A stretch of DNA of 64,000 nt from Ramazzottius varieornatus (taxonomy: Eukaryota; Animalia; Tardigrada). A program made the position numbers and the translations under genes. The notes under the pieces were generated by a model, which worked only from the letters and a program-made list of their open reading frames with translations, did not search any database and was not told where the DNA came from. Position 1 is the stretch's first letter. Each line of letters starts with the position of its first letter. Positions 36,140 through 49,835 of this stretch are shown here, in pieces. The stretch spans positions 1,632,730 through 1,696,729 of the forward strand of contig BDGG01000007.1 in NCBI GenBank assembly GCA_001949185.1, in the 5' to 3' direction.

Positions 36140-39100
36140 TATTGATGTTCTACTCGGGCAAAATGGCATCTAATATACTATTACTTACTATTCGCCATCA
36201 GTTTGAGTTCTACTTAATTGCTACTTAATATAGTAAAACTTCCGCCTGATCTAATTTACTTTACTATAGTAACTTCCGTTTAATCTCCGTAGTAAAATAT
36301 ATTTTACTATTGAAAGCAAAGTTTCAGATCTTAGTAACAAGCCGCACTGGGTAACAAATTACGAACCGCTTACAAATGTTACCGGGAGAACAGAGACCTT
36401 AGTCATCGAGATCGGGCAAATGCTCTGTATTTCGCAAAGAAAGTATTTTTCTTTCGAGATTGTGGCCGGCTAGTCTGTTTCCTTTCCCCCTTGTTGCAGC
36501 TGCGCCAATGGAAAAAACTCTTTCCGGTGCACTCGAAGCAGCCGGTATGGCTAGAATGTCCAAAGCCACACGGCTCAGTAGAGGGAACTTTCCCGCATTC
36601 TGTATCCAGAAGAGCTCTGGATTGTCATCAGTATTATCTTCCGTACTAGCAGGTAGACTGATATAAGTTTGGATTTCCAAATCAAACGGCGAATTATGAG
36701 GTGCGACCTCCAAACTTGCAGCGACGAAAAAGTCCAAGTCATCGTCAGTGTTGAACTTGGAGGTGACATTCGGATCAGCAGGTTCAGGGAGTATGTCTGA
36801 GCGAAGAAAGTTTAGAATTTAGCGATAAACAAATTAAACTAATCAGCTGAACGGTCGAACGTGTACCTGGAATGTTTTTTTCGTACCAATCACTGCTCTT
36901 TAGTGCGAGCCATCTGGAAGCAAGGCTCGCCACCCGATGTGGCAGAGTGAGGCGCAGTTTCTTGTGAAGAAAGGTGCTCGCAATGTACACTGCATCAAAC
37001 TTCGGATCACGTTCATTGATCACGTATCCCAACACGCGAGATAATTCAGATTCCATCGCCAATATGACCTACAAAATACAAAAGCCTTTGCAACTTAACG
37101 AAAAGAATCGAAACGAGTATAAAACGTTAATACCAAAAACAGATCACACAGCGCACAAGAACACCTACTTGATCGAACGGGTTATCGAGGTGGAAGCTAG
37201 AGAAGTCCAGCTTTGATAATGCATCACGGATGCATTCCAAACGTCGAACCAGCCCGTTGATGTAGAAGTGGACCCGATGAATAGTTGCCTCCTTATCAGC
37301 GCTCAGCTTATCCGTAACCTGCAATCGGTAAGAAACATCGGCATACAAATTCGATTGTAAATGTCTAGCCACAGCTGTACTGTGACACGTACAGTGTTAA
37401 ATTTGTCCAATAGTTTTATTATATATCGGATGATAACCCATTCTCCCGATGTAAGACCTGGAATCTTCAGGTGCCGTGCCATGATTTCTTTTACGGAATC
37501 TTGTACTAGATCCAGGCGCTTAAGAAACAGCAAAGTTGAATTCCATCGAGTTGAGACATCAGCAATCAAAGTCAGGTTCGTGGCTTTGATGAGTTCGCCG
37601 GTAGCAACGGTGGACAATCTGAATGTCTTCACTATGACTCGGGCTTTCCTGATGATGGGCTTCAGCGTTTCGTCTTTCTCAAATACACGAACAGCCGTCT
37701 GCAAACGATGGATAGTACAGCTGTGGCGCTTAATTCTGAAAAGCGAAAAAAATACGTTATCATTCAGTTGGTGAAGTAGGATCACATGCCTAACTTCTAG
37801 ATGTTTATAAGATTTATGGCTCTGAAATGGAAAACATTACCTTCCGTCGAACTCCCTGTCACACTGCTCTTCAAACTGCATGTATTCGTCAACTTCTTCT
37901 ACTACATTGGCCTCTTCTGTGTCATCAGAGGTCACTGTTACACCCTCTTCATCCTCGTCCGATTCGTTATGACTGTCTGAACCATTTGAGTCAACGAAGG
38001 CTTTGAAAGCGGTTACCATGTTCGATCCGTTGTCGGTCACTATGGCGGATATCTTGGAAGGTGCAATATCCCATTCAGCCAGAATATCCATTGTAAATTT
38101 AAACAGCCGAGCAGCAGTGTGTGGAGGTGGAAAGGTGCGACAAGCCAGTGTCATTCCTCGCATAACTTTGGAGTGAGGATCGTACACGCGAGCAGTCATT
38201 CCAAGTTTGGATTCAGTCATTCCACGCTTCGTCCAAATATCTGTAATGAAATAAGTACACGTTAAACATTAACGAATGTTAATTTTGTCAAATGAACCTT
38301 CGAAGGAGAACAGTCCTACCTGCTGACAAGGAAATCTTTCGAGCACGACGCAGTACAAATTTCATGTTGGTCAGCAGCTGCTTGTAGACTCTGTCCATCT
38401 CGGTATTCACAGCTTTTCTACCGAACGCAGGCGATCGAGGGTCATGTTTCATGAAGACACGTTGAGTCGTAGGATTGGCACAGAGTGTTGGCGTCGCGGT
38501 GGTACGTAAACACCACAATGCACGTTCGCGTAGGACAGCTCGATATATGCAATAAGGAACGAAATGCGATGAATAGATTAATTATCAGTCACCAGCAAGC
38601 AAAAGAAAAATGAAATTAATCTTACTTGAAACTTCCCTCCTCGTACGGATGTGAAGACTCAAAGCTGAGTTTAGGCTGGATCATCGTCACGCTTGATTCC
38701 TGCTGCTTGCTTTTCTTGACATCTTTGCGACATTTCTCCTGCTCTTCATATTTTCCATAAGCCTGAGGATGATGATTTCTGAGGTGAGCCACAGCATTTC
38801 CATTGTTACCGGCAGGCTTGACTTCATGTAGGCAGTATTGGCATGTACGACTACCTATCTCGACATCTTCGGTGTAGTGTTGCCATACTGCAGATGCTCT
38901 CTTTGGACCACCAAGTCGTTTGCGCTTCACGTTAGCAACCGAAGATGACGTTGATGAGCACTGAGGACTAGGAACAGGCGGATCATCATCCGCAGAGTCC
39001 GAAACGTCATCATCAGTAATGTTGATCACTGCTGGGCTGACTACGGCTTCCTTGGTGGGAGCAGAAAATTTTCCATTCCCGGCTGGAGGCTTCTTCAGAA

Positions 39101-39649
39101 CGCGTTGTGTCTTCCCTTTGGTCGGTAAAGGCATGGCTGATGAGTAGCTATGGGATAGGTCCTACCTAATCATAAGCAAACTAGAAGGACGCAAAAAAAC
39201 TAGCCGATCGTTCCATATTGAGCTTTCAGCAAAACACAAATAATTCGAATCTCCGCCATCACGCACCGGCAAACCGTCAATCCAGCTCGTCTAAGGAGTA
39301 CAGAGTATGTAGGCGCATGGCCATCTTGTGTTAGCCCTACGAAGCCAACTTCTGCTGACATAGGGGCGGGATATGCGGTGTGCGCTGTCTTCTGGGCGTT
39401 GCCCCAGATATCAGGGCGCCTACTATAGTACGTCAGTGCGCGCTTCAGACGTATTATACTATATTTTAATATCGTAAACGCTTGATCGAATGTTACTATA
39501 ATATCTCGGTTTCCGTTGTGACTTACTTTACTATTAATTTTCTGTGTCGCAGTCCAGTGCATTCACTTGATATTACTTACTATAGTATATGCTAAAAGCA
39601 TCTATTTTCACATACTTTAATATACTTTTACTATAGTAGAACATCACTA
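36140..39649 (-). mobile_element. Full-length hAT DNA transposon (3510 bp)
   Basis: 15-bp TIRs TATTGATGTTCTACT / AGTAGAACATCACTA (1 mismatch); perfect 8-bp TSD CCACAGGG at 36132-36139 and 39650-39657; subterminal TTACTAT repeats. Confidence 0.95.
36399..39134 (-). CDS. hAT transposase with BED zinc finger, 7 exons; intron 1 acceptor non-canonical, possibly disabled
   Basis: BED SAVWQHY..CQYC..HLRNHH; catalytic motifs DIW, TDNGSN, CTIH, TRWNS, ERVFS; C-terminal dimerisation domain FWIQNAGKFPLLSRVALDILAIPA. Confidence 0.9.
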
Positions 39650-39892
39650 CCACAGGGTATCGGAATGGGTGATCGGTGATCCCTCAAAGTCGTCGGCTTT
39701 CAGGGGTGGAAAGCACGACCTTGGAAGACAGATTTCGTCATCAATGATGATTCATCACAAATCAGATCCCATTAGAATATTCCGAAAGATCTTCTCAAGT
39801 CACTTGCGAACTTCGGGAGAATTATCAGTTGCCTGGTCTCCGAAAGGTCTCTTTCGGCTTTGTAGTGGATGTAGCGGATCGAGAGAGCGCCG

Positions 39893-42800
39893 ATGATGGT
39901 GGAAGTACAGGCAGAAGAAGCAGTGCTGCTGCGGGATGGGCAAGAGCTGGACGCCGTGAAGAGTGGTAAAAAGAAGGGCCGTAATCGCAAAAAACCTGTT
40001 GCGTCAGCCGCTGCACTCCAGACCAAGTAAGCATCCTTCTAAACCCCACCTGGTACTCTGAATAGGATTTCCTATGGTGTTTTAGATCCTCTGGACGACA
40101 GTTAAGTAGCCATGGCTCGTCTGACGACATTGAAGTGGACTCTGCCATCAGCAGCGCCGCTTCCGAAGTCAAAGCTCCCTCCGCCTTCCCCGTAAGTCAC
40201 ATCTCTTTTATTCACGGTTTCACGCGATGCTGTTCAAGACTGTCTTGGCTATATAGGCTGGCAACGTGATGGTGAATGACCAGTTAGCCTATGGATTGGC
40301 TCTGGTAATGGTAAGTTGGAGACTTCCGGCGATGCGTTACTCGATGACTTGACGCATTCGCTGGGTTTATCTGCACCAATGATGCGCGGCTTGTCGATCC
40401 GCTGTCGGGGTATCCTTAGTGGAATACCATATTCCCCCACCGTTTCCAGCGATCCAGGCTTTGTCTCATTGTCTGTCCTTGACGAGTGATTGAGGGTGCC
40501 TTTGGGTTGCAGGGGTTGGAAGCGACGGTGAGGACACTCAACGGAGCAGGCTTTTGCGGGCTAATCCACTCATTTGGACCAGTAAGACTTTCTACTGTGT
40601 TTCTGATCGGCATTGCATCGATATGTTGGTTCAACTTTGCTGAGGTTAACTTTTTCGACAGGGAGAAGTCGTGTTATGCGAAGTTACGGTGACGCCTCCG
40701 GAGAATGAAGCATCGGAAGATGGCAAAGATGAGAGGGAAACGATGGAGACTGATTATGTCTGCATCTCCCTGCATGATGTTGTCGATCTCGTGGTGGAGA
40801 GTGTGCCCGACGACGGGGCCATCGACGTCTTGGACGGCACATTCACAGCGCCCGCTGATGAGCAGCCTAAGAAAGCGCAGAGTATGTCCGATGATTTGCT
40901 ATCCGTTATCCATCTGATTGCTGACAAATGTAATATGGCCATCTGTACATGATTCGTGTCTTTGCAGAGGTGAAAGATGCTACACTGAAAGGGGAGGCCA
41001 AGGGCAAAGAAAGTGTAGATGCGAAAGCGGTGGTTGAGGAGAAGAGTGAGGAAAAGGCAAAGGAAAAAACGGTCGTCTCCAGCAGGGCGTCTCGGCTTGA
41101 TTGCCTGATGGATGGTCAGGAAGAAGCGCAGGTGTCCCCTTTTTCAGCAAAGCCGCTCCATCAGGAGTCTCACAACTCTACCACCAAGGAAAGGTACGGT
41201 GAGGAGCGTCAAGACAGCCTTCCTTTCAACCACCACAATGGTCGCAGCTTGCCTGGTGGCAATGCGCCACCAGCGGAGCGCTATCCGCCACCGCGGCACT
41301 CTGCTCCGACGCGAATGCCCTTCATTCATAACGACCGCAGTCGTCATTACGGACCTGGCCCGAATTATCGACCAAGGTACAGTACTGTCTTGCGCAAAAG
41401 TGGACATGTCATATTGCCGGCTTCATTCGAACATGTTCGACTTCCGTTTTGTGCTTTGTAGCGTTCGACCAAATCGAAGCAGTCACAATCACTGGAAGCA
41501 GAGGCCGGCCAATACCTATCCGAAAGCTGCGGCCCATCCAGGCCCGGCAGCAGCCGCCAAGGCGGCAGAAAAGCCTGGTCAGCCGGCAACGGAAGTCGTC
41601 ACGCCGACCGCAAAGACGGCTACACAGGCAGATGGTCCAACAGAAGGTGGCAGTGGCCGTCTCCAGGAAGCAATAGCCACAGCCACTGCCACTGCCGCCC
41701 AGGAGGTGGAGGAAGTAGCTTGGCGGGCGGAGGCCCAGAAAGCTGAAGAGACCGTGGTGGTGGGCAATCCCTGGAGCAGCACCTCCAACGTCTGGCATCG
41801 TCGACATGTGCCCTCCAGCCCGCAAGCTCTGCCAGCCGCCACCGCCTCTGACCCCGTCAGTCTGCCTGAGGACGGCGATAACCAGCGCTTTGTCGACAGG
41901 TACAGCGCAAAACAGTTCAATCTTTCCTTATTACATTGTGCTGAGGGTTGCATCCGTCTGCCTTGCAGTTTCCGCCAAGCGGCCACCACATTGAATCCGG
42001 AAGCTGACGAATTTGTACCGGTAAGCGCCAGTAGCCATTGTACTGTTGATTGTTGGCCAAGCTAAAGTTGTGTAGGGTGGTTTCGGTAGCAATGAAGCAG
42101 CAGCAGACTGTAGGCTGGCAAGAGGTGATGCTGAAGTTTGTGCTTTTCATGACAGCGAGTGGGGAGCAGGATGGAGGAGGAGAGTGTGATGGCGCAGTCG
42201 CCCAACGTCCACGGCGCCCTCTTCTCGCCCATGTCGCCGCCAGCAAGGGCCGCCATCTTCCCCTTCCAGCCAGCTCCGCCTGGCATGTTGCCTGCCATGC
42301 CGCTGTCACCCACGGCAGGAGCCTGGTTGCCCATGGAGGCCTTCCAGCAGCAAGCAGCGCAAGGCCTGCCGCCACACGTCCTTCCTGTCCCTAACGTCAG
42401 TTTGCCCACAGTCTGCCAACTTGGAAATGTGTCTATCGGTGTGTCAATGTTATGTATCTGCAGATGTTTGTGCCTTTGGATGTGCAAGCCTTCATCAACG
42501 GGCCAGGGGGCTTCCCTGCCGCTCCCTTCTTCCACTCCATTGCTCCCAATGGAGAAGCTCAAGGCATCTACAGTACGTCCGCGGTCTTTTACTACTCATA
42601 ACCTGCCTCTTTACTGCTCTTTGAATAACGATGGTGCGTACCTTGTAGTGCCGATATTGCCGCCGCTGGAAAGTTACTACGCTTCGTTGCTCTTCCACCA
42701 AATGCAGGCTCACTTGCAGCACGCGCAACAGCAGCAACAGCAGGTGCCTCACTCCCCACCACAGCAGGCAAGTCAGCGGCAGGAAGGAGCGGAAGTGGAT

Positions 42801-42941
42801 GGTGAGGGGGAGAGGCGGCCACCCAGTTGCCCTAGCAGTGGCCTGACCTCCCCCAGCAGCAACCAGACACTGTCACAGATGAGCAGCCCTCTCTCCTTTG
42901 CGCAAGTGCCTTCCACCACCTCCGACCTCTCTTCCTCCTAA
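39893..42941 (+). CDS. Ataxin-2/Pbp1-like protein (SM-ATX LSm domain, PAM2 motif, Pro/Gln-rich tail)
   Basis: Spliced NDQLAYGLALVMGLEATVRTLNGAGFCGLIHSFGP..VVLCEV..ISLHDVVDL resembles the ataxin-2 LSm domain; PAM2 LNPEADEFVP near 41990; short polyQ. Confidence 0.7.
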
Positions 42942-43383
42942 GATATACCCTTACCAATTAGGCTGCTGTCGCTATAACTGGCCCTTTTGTGTCTTGTTAT
43001 CCCCTTATTTGCCTTTTGCGGTGCTTTCTTCCCCTGTTCGACTAATGTCTTACACAGTATTGCTGCCTTGCTTCTTTTGGTTTTATCTGTCGCTGTGGGT
43101 CATGCCACACCGACTGTTATTGCCTTACCTGACTTTGTGTACCTACGATCATTTGGCGGTCGGATATTCCGCTCTGATGTTTTGGGGTTTTTTTCTCTCA
43201 CTCTTTGCAATAATGTTGCTGTGATTATGCAGCATATTTGTTCCTTTATATGGGTGCTGGATGGAAAAGTTGCTTGGTGCAGTATGAGGCATGTCATATA
43301 TGGAATACAAAGTCCAGACTTTGATTAAGAGGAGGAAAGGGTCGAAGGTCGAAATATGGAGAAGGCGCATAGTTGTGTGGGAT

Positions 43384-43957
43384 CTATTGGGCCAATTGTC
43401 CGTAGTTGTATTGATAGTTGCCCTGCTGGCTACCTTCGTATTCTGGGTCGACGCAGAGCTGACCACATCCATTGTAGCAACACTTTTGGTGTCCTGAGCA
43501 GTCGACGTCGTTGTAACAGCTGATGGCACAAGCACCCAGTGATCCAGGTTGGAGAACTGGGCACGAGCCGGGCTTTTGCGTGGGGGGTCGACGAGTTAGG
43601 GCTTCGGTGCACACTGGACAGCACTGCTTGACGGCACAACACGTTTGGCCCCGGGAACAGCTTCTCTCGTCACAGGAGGCGCATCGAACGGCAGCACACG
43701 AAGCAAAGTTGATCAGGCTGTTGGGGCAATACTTTGGCTTGGATGGATGGCGGCGGTACATGTCTTTTTCGTAGCTGCCAGAACCTGTAATGACCAGCGC
43801 ATCTACCTATACAGTATGTTGATCTGATTCTGCGTCAATTATGTATGTGAAGGTCGACGCTGAAGTTGCGCCTACCGTCCATGTTGGCGCAGGCAAGCTG
43901 GACAGCCATCAGAAACAATGCCAGGCCTACCACAGCCAACCGCGCGTTTTTCTCCAT
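43384..43957 (-). CDS. Secreted WAP-domain protein (crustin/waprin-like), 2 exons
   Basis: Signal MEKNARLAVVGLALFLMAVQLACA; Cys-rich region then KPGSCP..CAISCYNDVDCSGHQKCCYNGCGQLC. Confidence 0.88.
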
Positions 43958-44696
43958 GATGGGATCCGATACGCCGTACGGAAGGCAATATACCAAATGA
44001 AACAAGTCACCTTGATGGCGCTAGCTGCACCTGTTTGGGATACAGCGGAACAGAGACCGGAGTAGAGAATGGAGCGGAGACCTCAACCTACAGTAGTATT
44101 AATACTGTACTGTACTGGAGACATGAGCGACAGGTATGAGCCGCGGGTGCGCCGCAAGACAAAGATCTCGCGCCATGTAAGCTGCCATTCTCCATCAACG
44201 TTTGCATGGGTACGACTTCACTAAATGCCTTGTGTTGATGCCTTGTCGATTTCTCGATGAACCCGCTGAGCGCGTTCGTTCGTAAGCTACAAAAAAGGCT
44301 GTCAAAAAAAGGCCTGTTCGTCCACAAGTTATCGTGTGCGTCGAAGGGAGAAAAACAGGGGGACCTTGAGCCGTTCGTACTACTTATATATAATAATTAT
44401 ATGACATACTGGATAGTATCTGGGGTTATTCAGCTGCTTTTACTGTATAATCAGCGGTATATGTGAGCGTGGCAAAAGTATTATTGACAGACAGGAGAAA
44501 GCATTAAGCAGTCGAACCAAGAGATGGGAATGTGACTGACAAAGACTGTATCTTTGACCAAAAGCTTCAACGAGTTAGTAGCGGCAAAGGGGGAGAAAGT
44601 CACTATATCATCTGGAGAGCGGATCCACCACTTGATAAAAAGTACATGAGCGAAGGCAGCTAGAAGATAAAGTATAAAAAGCGCCGTTGACGACGG

Positions 44697-47600
44697 TTAG
44701 AGGGCTAGCTCGTAAAAGAGGAGGTAGGCATCGGAGGTGAGGACATCGCGGACGTCGGCGGGCGACACTCTGGAGTCGTTGTATTCGTTCCATTTGCCCG
44801 TCGAAGGGTTCTTACAGAAGGCGGTGTAATGGCCAGAGTGGGTGCTGCCGGCATGACAGCTGACAGCAAAGAGGTTGTAGCGGGGTCGCGGACCCTTGTA
44901 GGAGTCGGCGGCAAAGGGGGCCAAGTCCAGCCCCTCAATGGGATAGTCGACCATGCTGGAGATCTTGGCGCGATAGCGTTCTTGGGAGAAGCGCTTGAGG
45001 TGGATGACCAGACATTTGGGGAAGCGCTGGATGGAGAAGAACTTGGTGCAGCGCTGCCGTGACTTGCATTTAGCGCACATCTGCAATGACACAAGGATGG
45101 ACAAAGAACAGCCAGCGAGCAGCGCATTATATATAATACATAATAATACATAATACAAGTCCACGACCAAATAAGCTTTCAAAATAGGCGCAGCGTCCTA
45201 AACACGGACGAGGAATCAACATCAGTGTTAAGCCAAAGCGCTAAGTTGATTCACTGTGTCCAGCTGGTTCCATTGATACCCATTTTTGAAAGCTTATTTT
45301 GTCGTACACTGTACATAATAATAAGCAGAGGCATAATATATGCGCTTCGGCCTTTTTTACCGGTCTCTCGTCGCCATCCATCACTTCCTTCTTGGTAAAG
45401 TGCTTGAAGCAGTCGTAAATGTCAATGTCGCTGCTGGCACCGCGGTTGGTGGGAATGGGCAATGCCAAGTCCCAGAAAGGGTCAAAGGTCACGGAGCAAT
45501 GGCCGCATTTATCACAAATTAAGGAGGACTTGAGTTGTCCCACGTATAAATCTGCCACCAAGAAAGGATGACACCGATTAGGATATAGCGGACAAGCCTA
45601 GCTGTGGAAACGGAGGCCTTATTTCTCTTCTTACCGACAATCTTGCTGTTGTCTCGCTTGAGGTATCTCTTCCAGGCTTCGGCGGCCTTTTGTTGGTCAT
45701 CGAGGTGGTCGGCGATGTCCGGGTCGAGGCCTTTATACTTGGTCGTCACTCGGTTGACATCCTCGTGTAAGCCTTCCAGAACGTAACGGAGAAACTCCTG
45801 CGCGTCCTGTTGTCTGCAACAAGACCAAACTCCTGTCTTAATATATCGCTGTCCCCCTCATTGTCCTTCCTATACTGTAGTTTTCGTGTAATTATAACGT
45901 TTCCATGTACAAGGCAAATCAGGGAGGTACCTACAAATAGCCGGAGAAGCGTGGGGCGTATTGCTGGATTTTGCGGTGAAAGCGATCGGGGTCGTAGGCA
46001 TTGGAGCTGCAATAGCTAGAGTGCTTCTTCCACAGCGCTTCCATGACCGCCGCGAAGGCTGTCAAAGAGAAAAACGGCGGTTGAGAGGCGCTCTCTCTCA
46101 ATGAGGGTTTTTAGTACAATTTTACCTGCCATCAGTGGTGAGTCCTTGCTGGGGTTAAGCTCGCTCAAATACTGTCCACCAATGGTATAATCCCGTAAGG
46201 GTTTGGTGTTGCTTAAACACTGCAGGATCGAATTCATAAAGCACTACAAACAGAGAAGAGAGATGAAGACGAGTAAGTATGCTGAAGGCGAAGGAAAAGA
46301 AGGCTTACAGTATTGCCGATATTCTTCAGTCCGATGAGGCCAGCTTTGTCGGTTTCATCGAGGGAAACGGTAGCCTTGGAAAGACGGGAGGAGCCCGGTT
46401 GCATAGACGTCAAAGTGCTGGTGGAGCTGTCGGCCGACAAGCTGGCGCGGCCACCGGCCACGCCGCGCACATACAAATCTGCAAGGTTCTCCTTGTCGTT
46501 CTCTCCACTACCACTATTGCACCTCAAGGCGGACAAATCTCTTAGCCGACTGGGATAAGTGGATATACTGCCTTGACGACGGTAGACACTTGGGCCAGCC
46601 TCAGCGTCGGCACTCTCCGCCTGCACTTTTGACCGATGAGATCCACTCTATACCGACAAGAAACACCAAGGGGATGAATATCATGATGAATATGATGAAG
46701 GAAGCAGGGTCAGTTGATTACAGGTTGGTATCGAGAGAGTGGGCCACGGATGCTGTTCATCTCCTGGAGGGAACGGGCGGAGACGGTGGCTGTCTCATCG
46801 TCGTCGTCGCCCTTGCAGCCATTGTCGTTCGGAGAAGAGAGGGAGGTGGCGTGGCTGTCGCGATCGGATGGACGACGACGCCAGTCACCATTACTACCGC
46901 CACATGTTTCCGTGGTCACCACCTGCACTCCGCCATCCTGACCGGAAGTGCGCCTTTCCCTACTGGACACGCCTTCGGCCAGCGAAGAGTCGATACCCGA
47001 GTCATAGGGCGAGGAGGCACGACCCGGCTGACAGGCGTAGCGACTGGACGAGCTGGACTTCAAGCTGCCATACGACGAGGACGAGCCCTCTTCTTTTGTG
47101 CTATTATTCTTCGCCAATATCTCTGCAGCAACACAACGTACATTACGATAGCTACAGTACAAACCTTCAGTACTACTGACTTGATTCAATTTTTGCAGCG
47201 GTCTTTCTTTGGCTGCGAGCATAGCTAAGAGCGCTTACGTTTACCTCGAGCCTTCTCCAGTGATTCTTGGCGGGAATAGCTCGGACGGGCTTTGGTCGGC
47301 GTGCTGGAATTGGCGTATTTGGAGGTCAGCTCCAGCGAGCTGAGGGCATCCAGTGAGGCCGCCGCCCGACTATAGGCCGACTTGCGTGGCACCTCGGCCT
47401 TAATCTCCGCTTCGTCATCGTCGCGGGCCCGCGATGTGCTGATGGAGCTGCGCGATCTGTTGGACGGTTGATAGGAAGAGGTGTAGCTATCACTTGCGGT
47501 CTTGCGCAGCAAACTGGGGCTGCTGTAGACGGTCGACCTCCAAGAAGGGGTAGGAGTACTAGAACCCAGGATGGCCGACCCATAGTTGGACGAGTAGCGG

Positions 47601-48285
47601 CTGGACGATGGCGAACTGGTTCGGGCAGGCGGAGACTCGCTAATACTGAACAAGAAACAACACTCTTCAAAAGCCCAAAGACTGCTTCGGCATCAATGTC
47701 ATTAGTTTATTTTCAAGCAAAAGTAGGTATTTTACTGCATAGTAAAAAAAAGTTGGTTTGAGATAGTTTTGTTTTTCCAAATTGTCTGTACCTTGCCCTA
47801 GAACGAGCTGATATAGGTGAGGCGATGGCAGAGCTAAGTGAGGAGGAGTAGCCAGAAGTGGTTACAGAAGAGGAGCGGGTGGAGGGCGGCGGCAGTCCGA
47901 TTCTGTCCAACGCTAGGCTGGAGGTTGACTTGAGGGCGGCGCGCTGTGCGCGATCCCGCCCAATCTCTGTCAGGTCCTGCACTGAGGTCCGTCGTGCCGA
48001 AGCAGCCCGCACGCGTTCCAGCGTAGCCGTATACTCGGCAATGGCGTTCTTATAGGTCCTATAAGAGCCGGCATTGTTGCCGTAGGTGGTGGGGCTGCTG
48101 GTGGGCAGCGCTGGACGGTAGCTGGGGCTGGGGCTGCTGTAAGCGCTATCACGGTCCAGACGGCCACTGCCGTAAGCGGAAGTGCTGCGGTAGATGGTGC
48201 GGCAGGCCGGCAAGTCAACAGGCACAGAAGCTTCACTTGTTGCGCCTGCCTGCTGGCAGCTCTCCTCAGCCTCTGCCGCCGTCAT
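44697..48285 (-). CDS. USP2: USP2/USP21-family deubiquitinase with long Ser-rich N-terminus
   Basis: Cys box [43 protein letters not shown], His box [25 protein letters not shown]. Confidence 0.88.
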
Positions 48286-49459
48286 TCTCCTTGATGGATC
48301 TTCAGCTGATGTTTACTCCTCAAACTTGTAACACTGCGTTGTACCAACGGTAGCACCACACCAACGCCTTACATAATATCAACGCACAGATATATTCCTT
48401 CGGCTGCCACCATGCAAAAGTCAACTTTTGGCCAGACGATGCCCAGAGGAAGTACTGCAGTGCAGCGATTCAAGCCCGGCTGAAATCATACGGTTAGGGA
48501 CAAATTTCGGCGAACGAAAAGATGATGCGGGAAGGACTTTGAAAAGAGACTGTCCAGGCCTAAGGGCAGGCTTGGCATGAGGAAGCGCTGAAACTGTAGA
48601 AATTCGTCCGGTTGTCCTTCCGCCGAAGAACTCCAGATTGCGCAAAAGAAAGCGAGATGCCAACGAATACAGAGAACAGACAGGAGGAGTTCGCACACGC
48701 AGCGATCTGCAGTTTTGTCAGAAGAGCGCCGGCTTGAAAGTTTTGCCTGGACCTTCTTCTGCATGTGCATGACTAACTGACAAGTTGACAAGATGGGTCG
48801 CGGGCTATATCTGACATAGCATATATGTCCGCATGGCGAAGAGCGCGTGCCAGACGCCCAACATATCTTCTCTGCTCGAATTCTTTCACCTTCTCCTACT
48901 GTACTTGCTTGTCCACCAGAGGAAGCAAGCTGACGAAGAACCAGGCCTTTACTGCACAGCGCAATCAAGCCTTGAGGAAGGAGAGACGGCCTTTGCAAAG
49001 AGCCTTGCTTGCGCTTTTGCTCCAGTCTTTTTTCAGCATCTCTTTACTCTTCTTCCGATTGTCGCAATCGCACCGCAGAAGAATTATCTGCCCACATATC
49101 ATTACGTGCTTCTGTTCTGCCAAGAAAAGTCTGCTCGAATGGGGGTCGTCTACTATTTGTTCAGCTGTCCCTTCTCTCCGCATCCGATCCGTCTGCAAAG
49201 CACAGCACATTGAGACCGCCGTGGCGTGTTATGCTGATCACGAAAATATCTATGTGCCATTAATCGTTTGAAGGTCGCCACATCAAATATGCCGTCTCTT
49301 GTAGACCATCTGCTACGTCGTTTCTTGTCTGACTCTTATGTGGTTCTTACAATACAAAGCACTTCTTTTCTACCCCTCGTCCCAGGTCAAGGTGCCCTCA
49401 TAGATCCGCCGAAAGTCTTTTGCTGAAGCTGCTCGAGCTTTCGTGCCTTCCGATACATG

Positions 49460-49835
49460 TTAGATACTATCAGTGGGTTTCTTATAGTTATAGACTAAAA
49501 CATACAGTATTATTGGCACGCAGTAAAGAAGCAACGAGACAGAAACCCCCACCATGGCACTGAAGAGCAACCTATGCTGACATCTGACGAGCAAAAGTAC
49601 AGAAGAGTGGACAAGTCCAGCAGCTCGACAGATGGCGTCGCCGGCGGAAACCCAGCATGTGCAACCATGGCTGATTTCAAGGGTCGCTCCATCGATCGAA
49701 TTTCCCTCAAGCATGTACGACTCGAGCGCAAACAAGGTGGAAACGACAAACCAGTTTTGCCATTGCCGAGCTTTATTTTGGTTCTCGATGAAGTACTGTA
49801 CTGCAGGGTACGCCACAAGGAACCCATGACTAACC
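49460..49835 (-). pseudogene. Possible degenerate membrane-protein (class A GPCR-like TM4-TM5) fragment
   Basis: VAYP..KARQWQNWFVVSTLFAL..CTC..FSAMVGVSVSLLLYCVPIILYVLVY; no start codon or other exons found. Confidence 0.22.

Noticed and set aside
46590-47228. 212-aa plus-strand ORF
   Set aside because: Antisense to low-complexity USP exons
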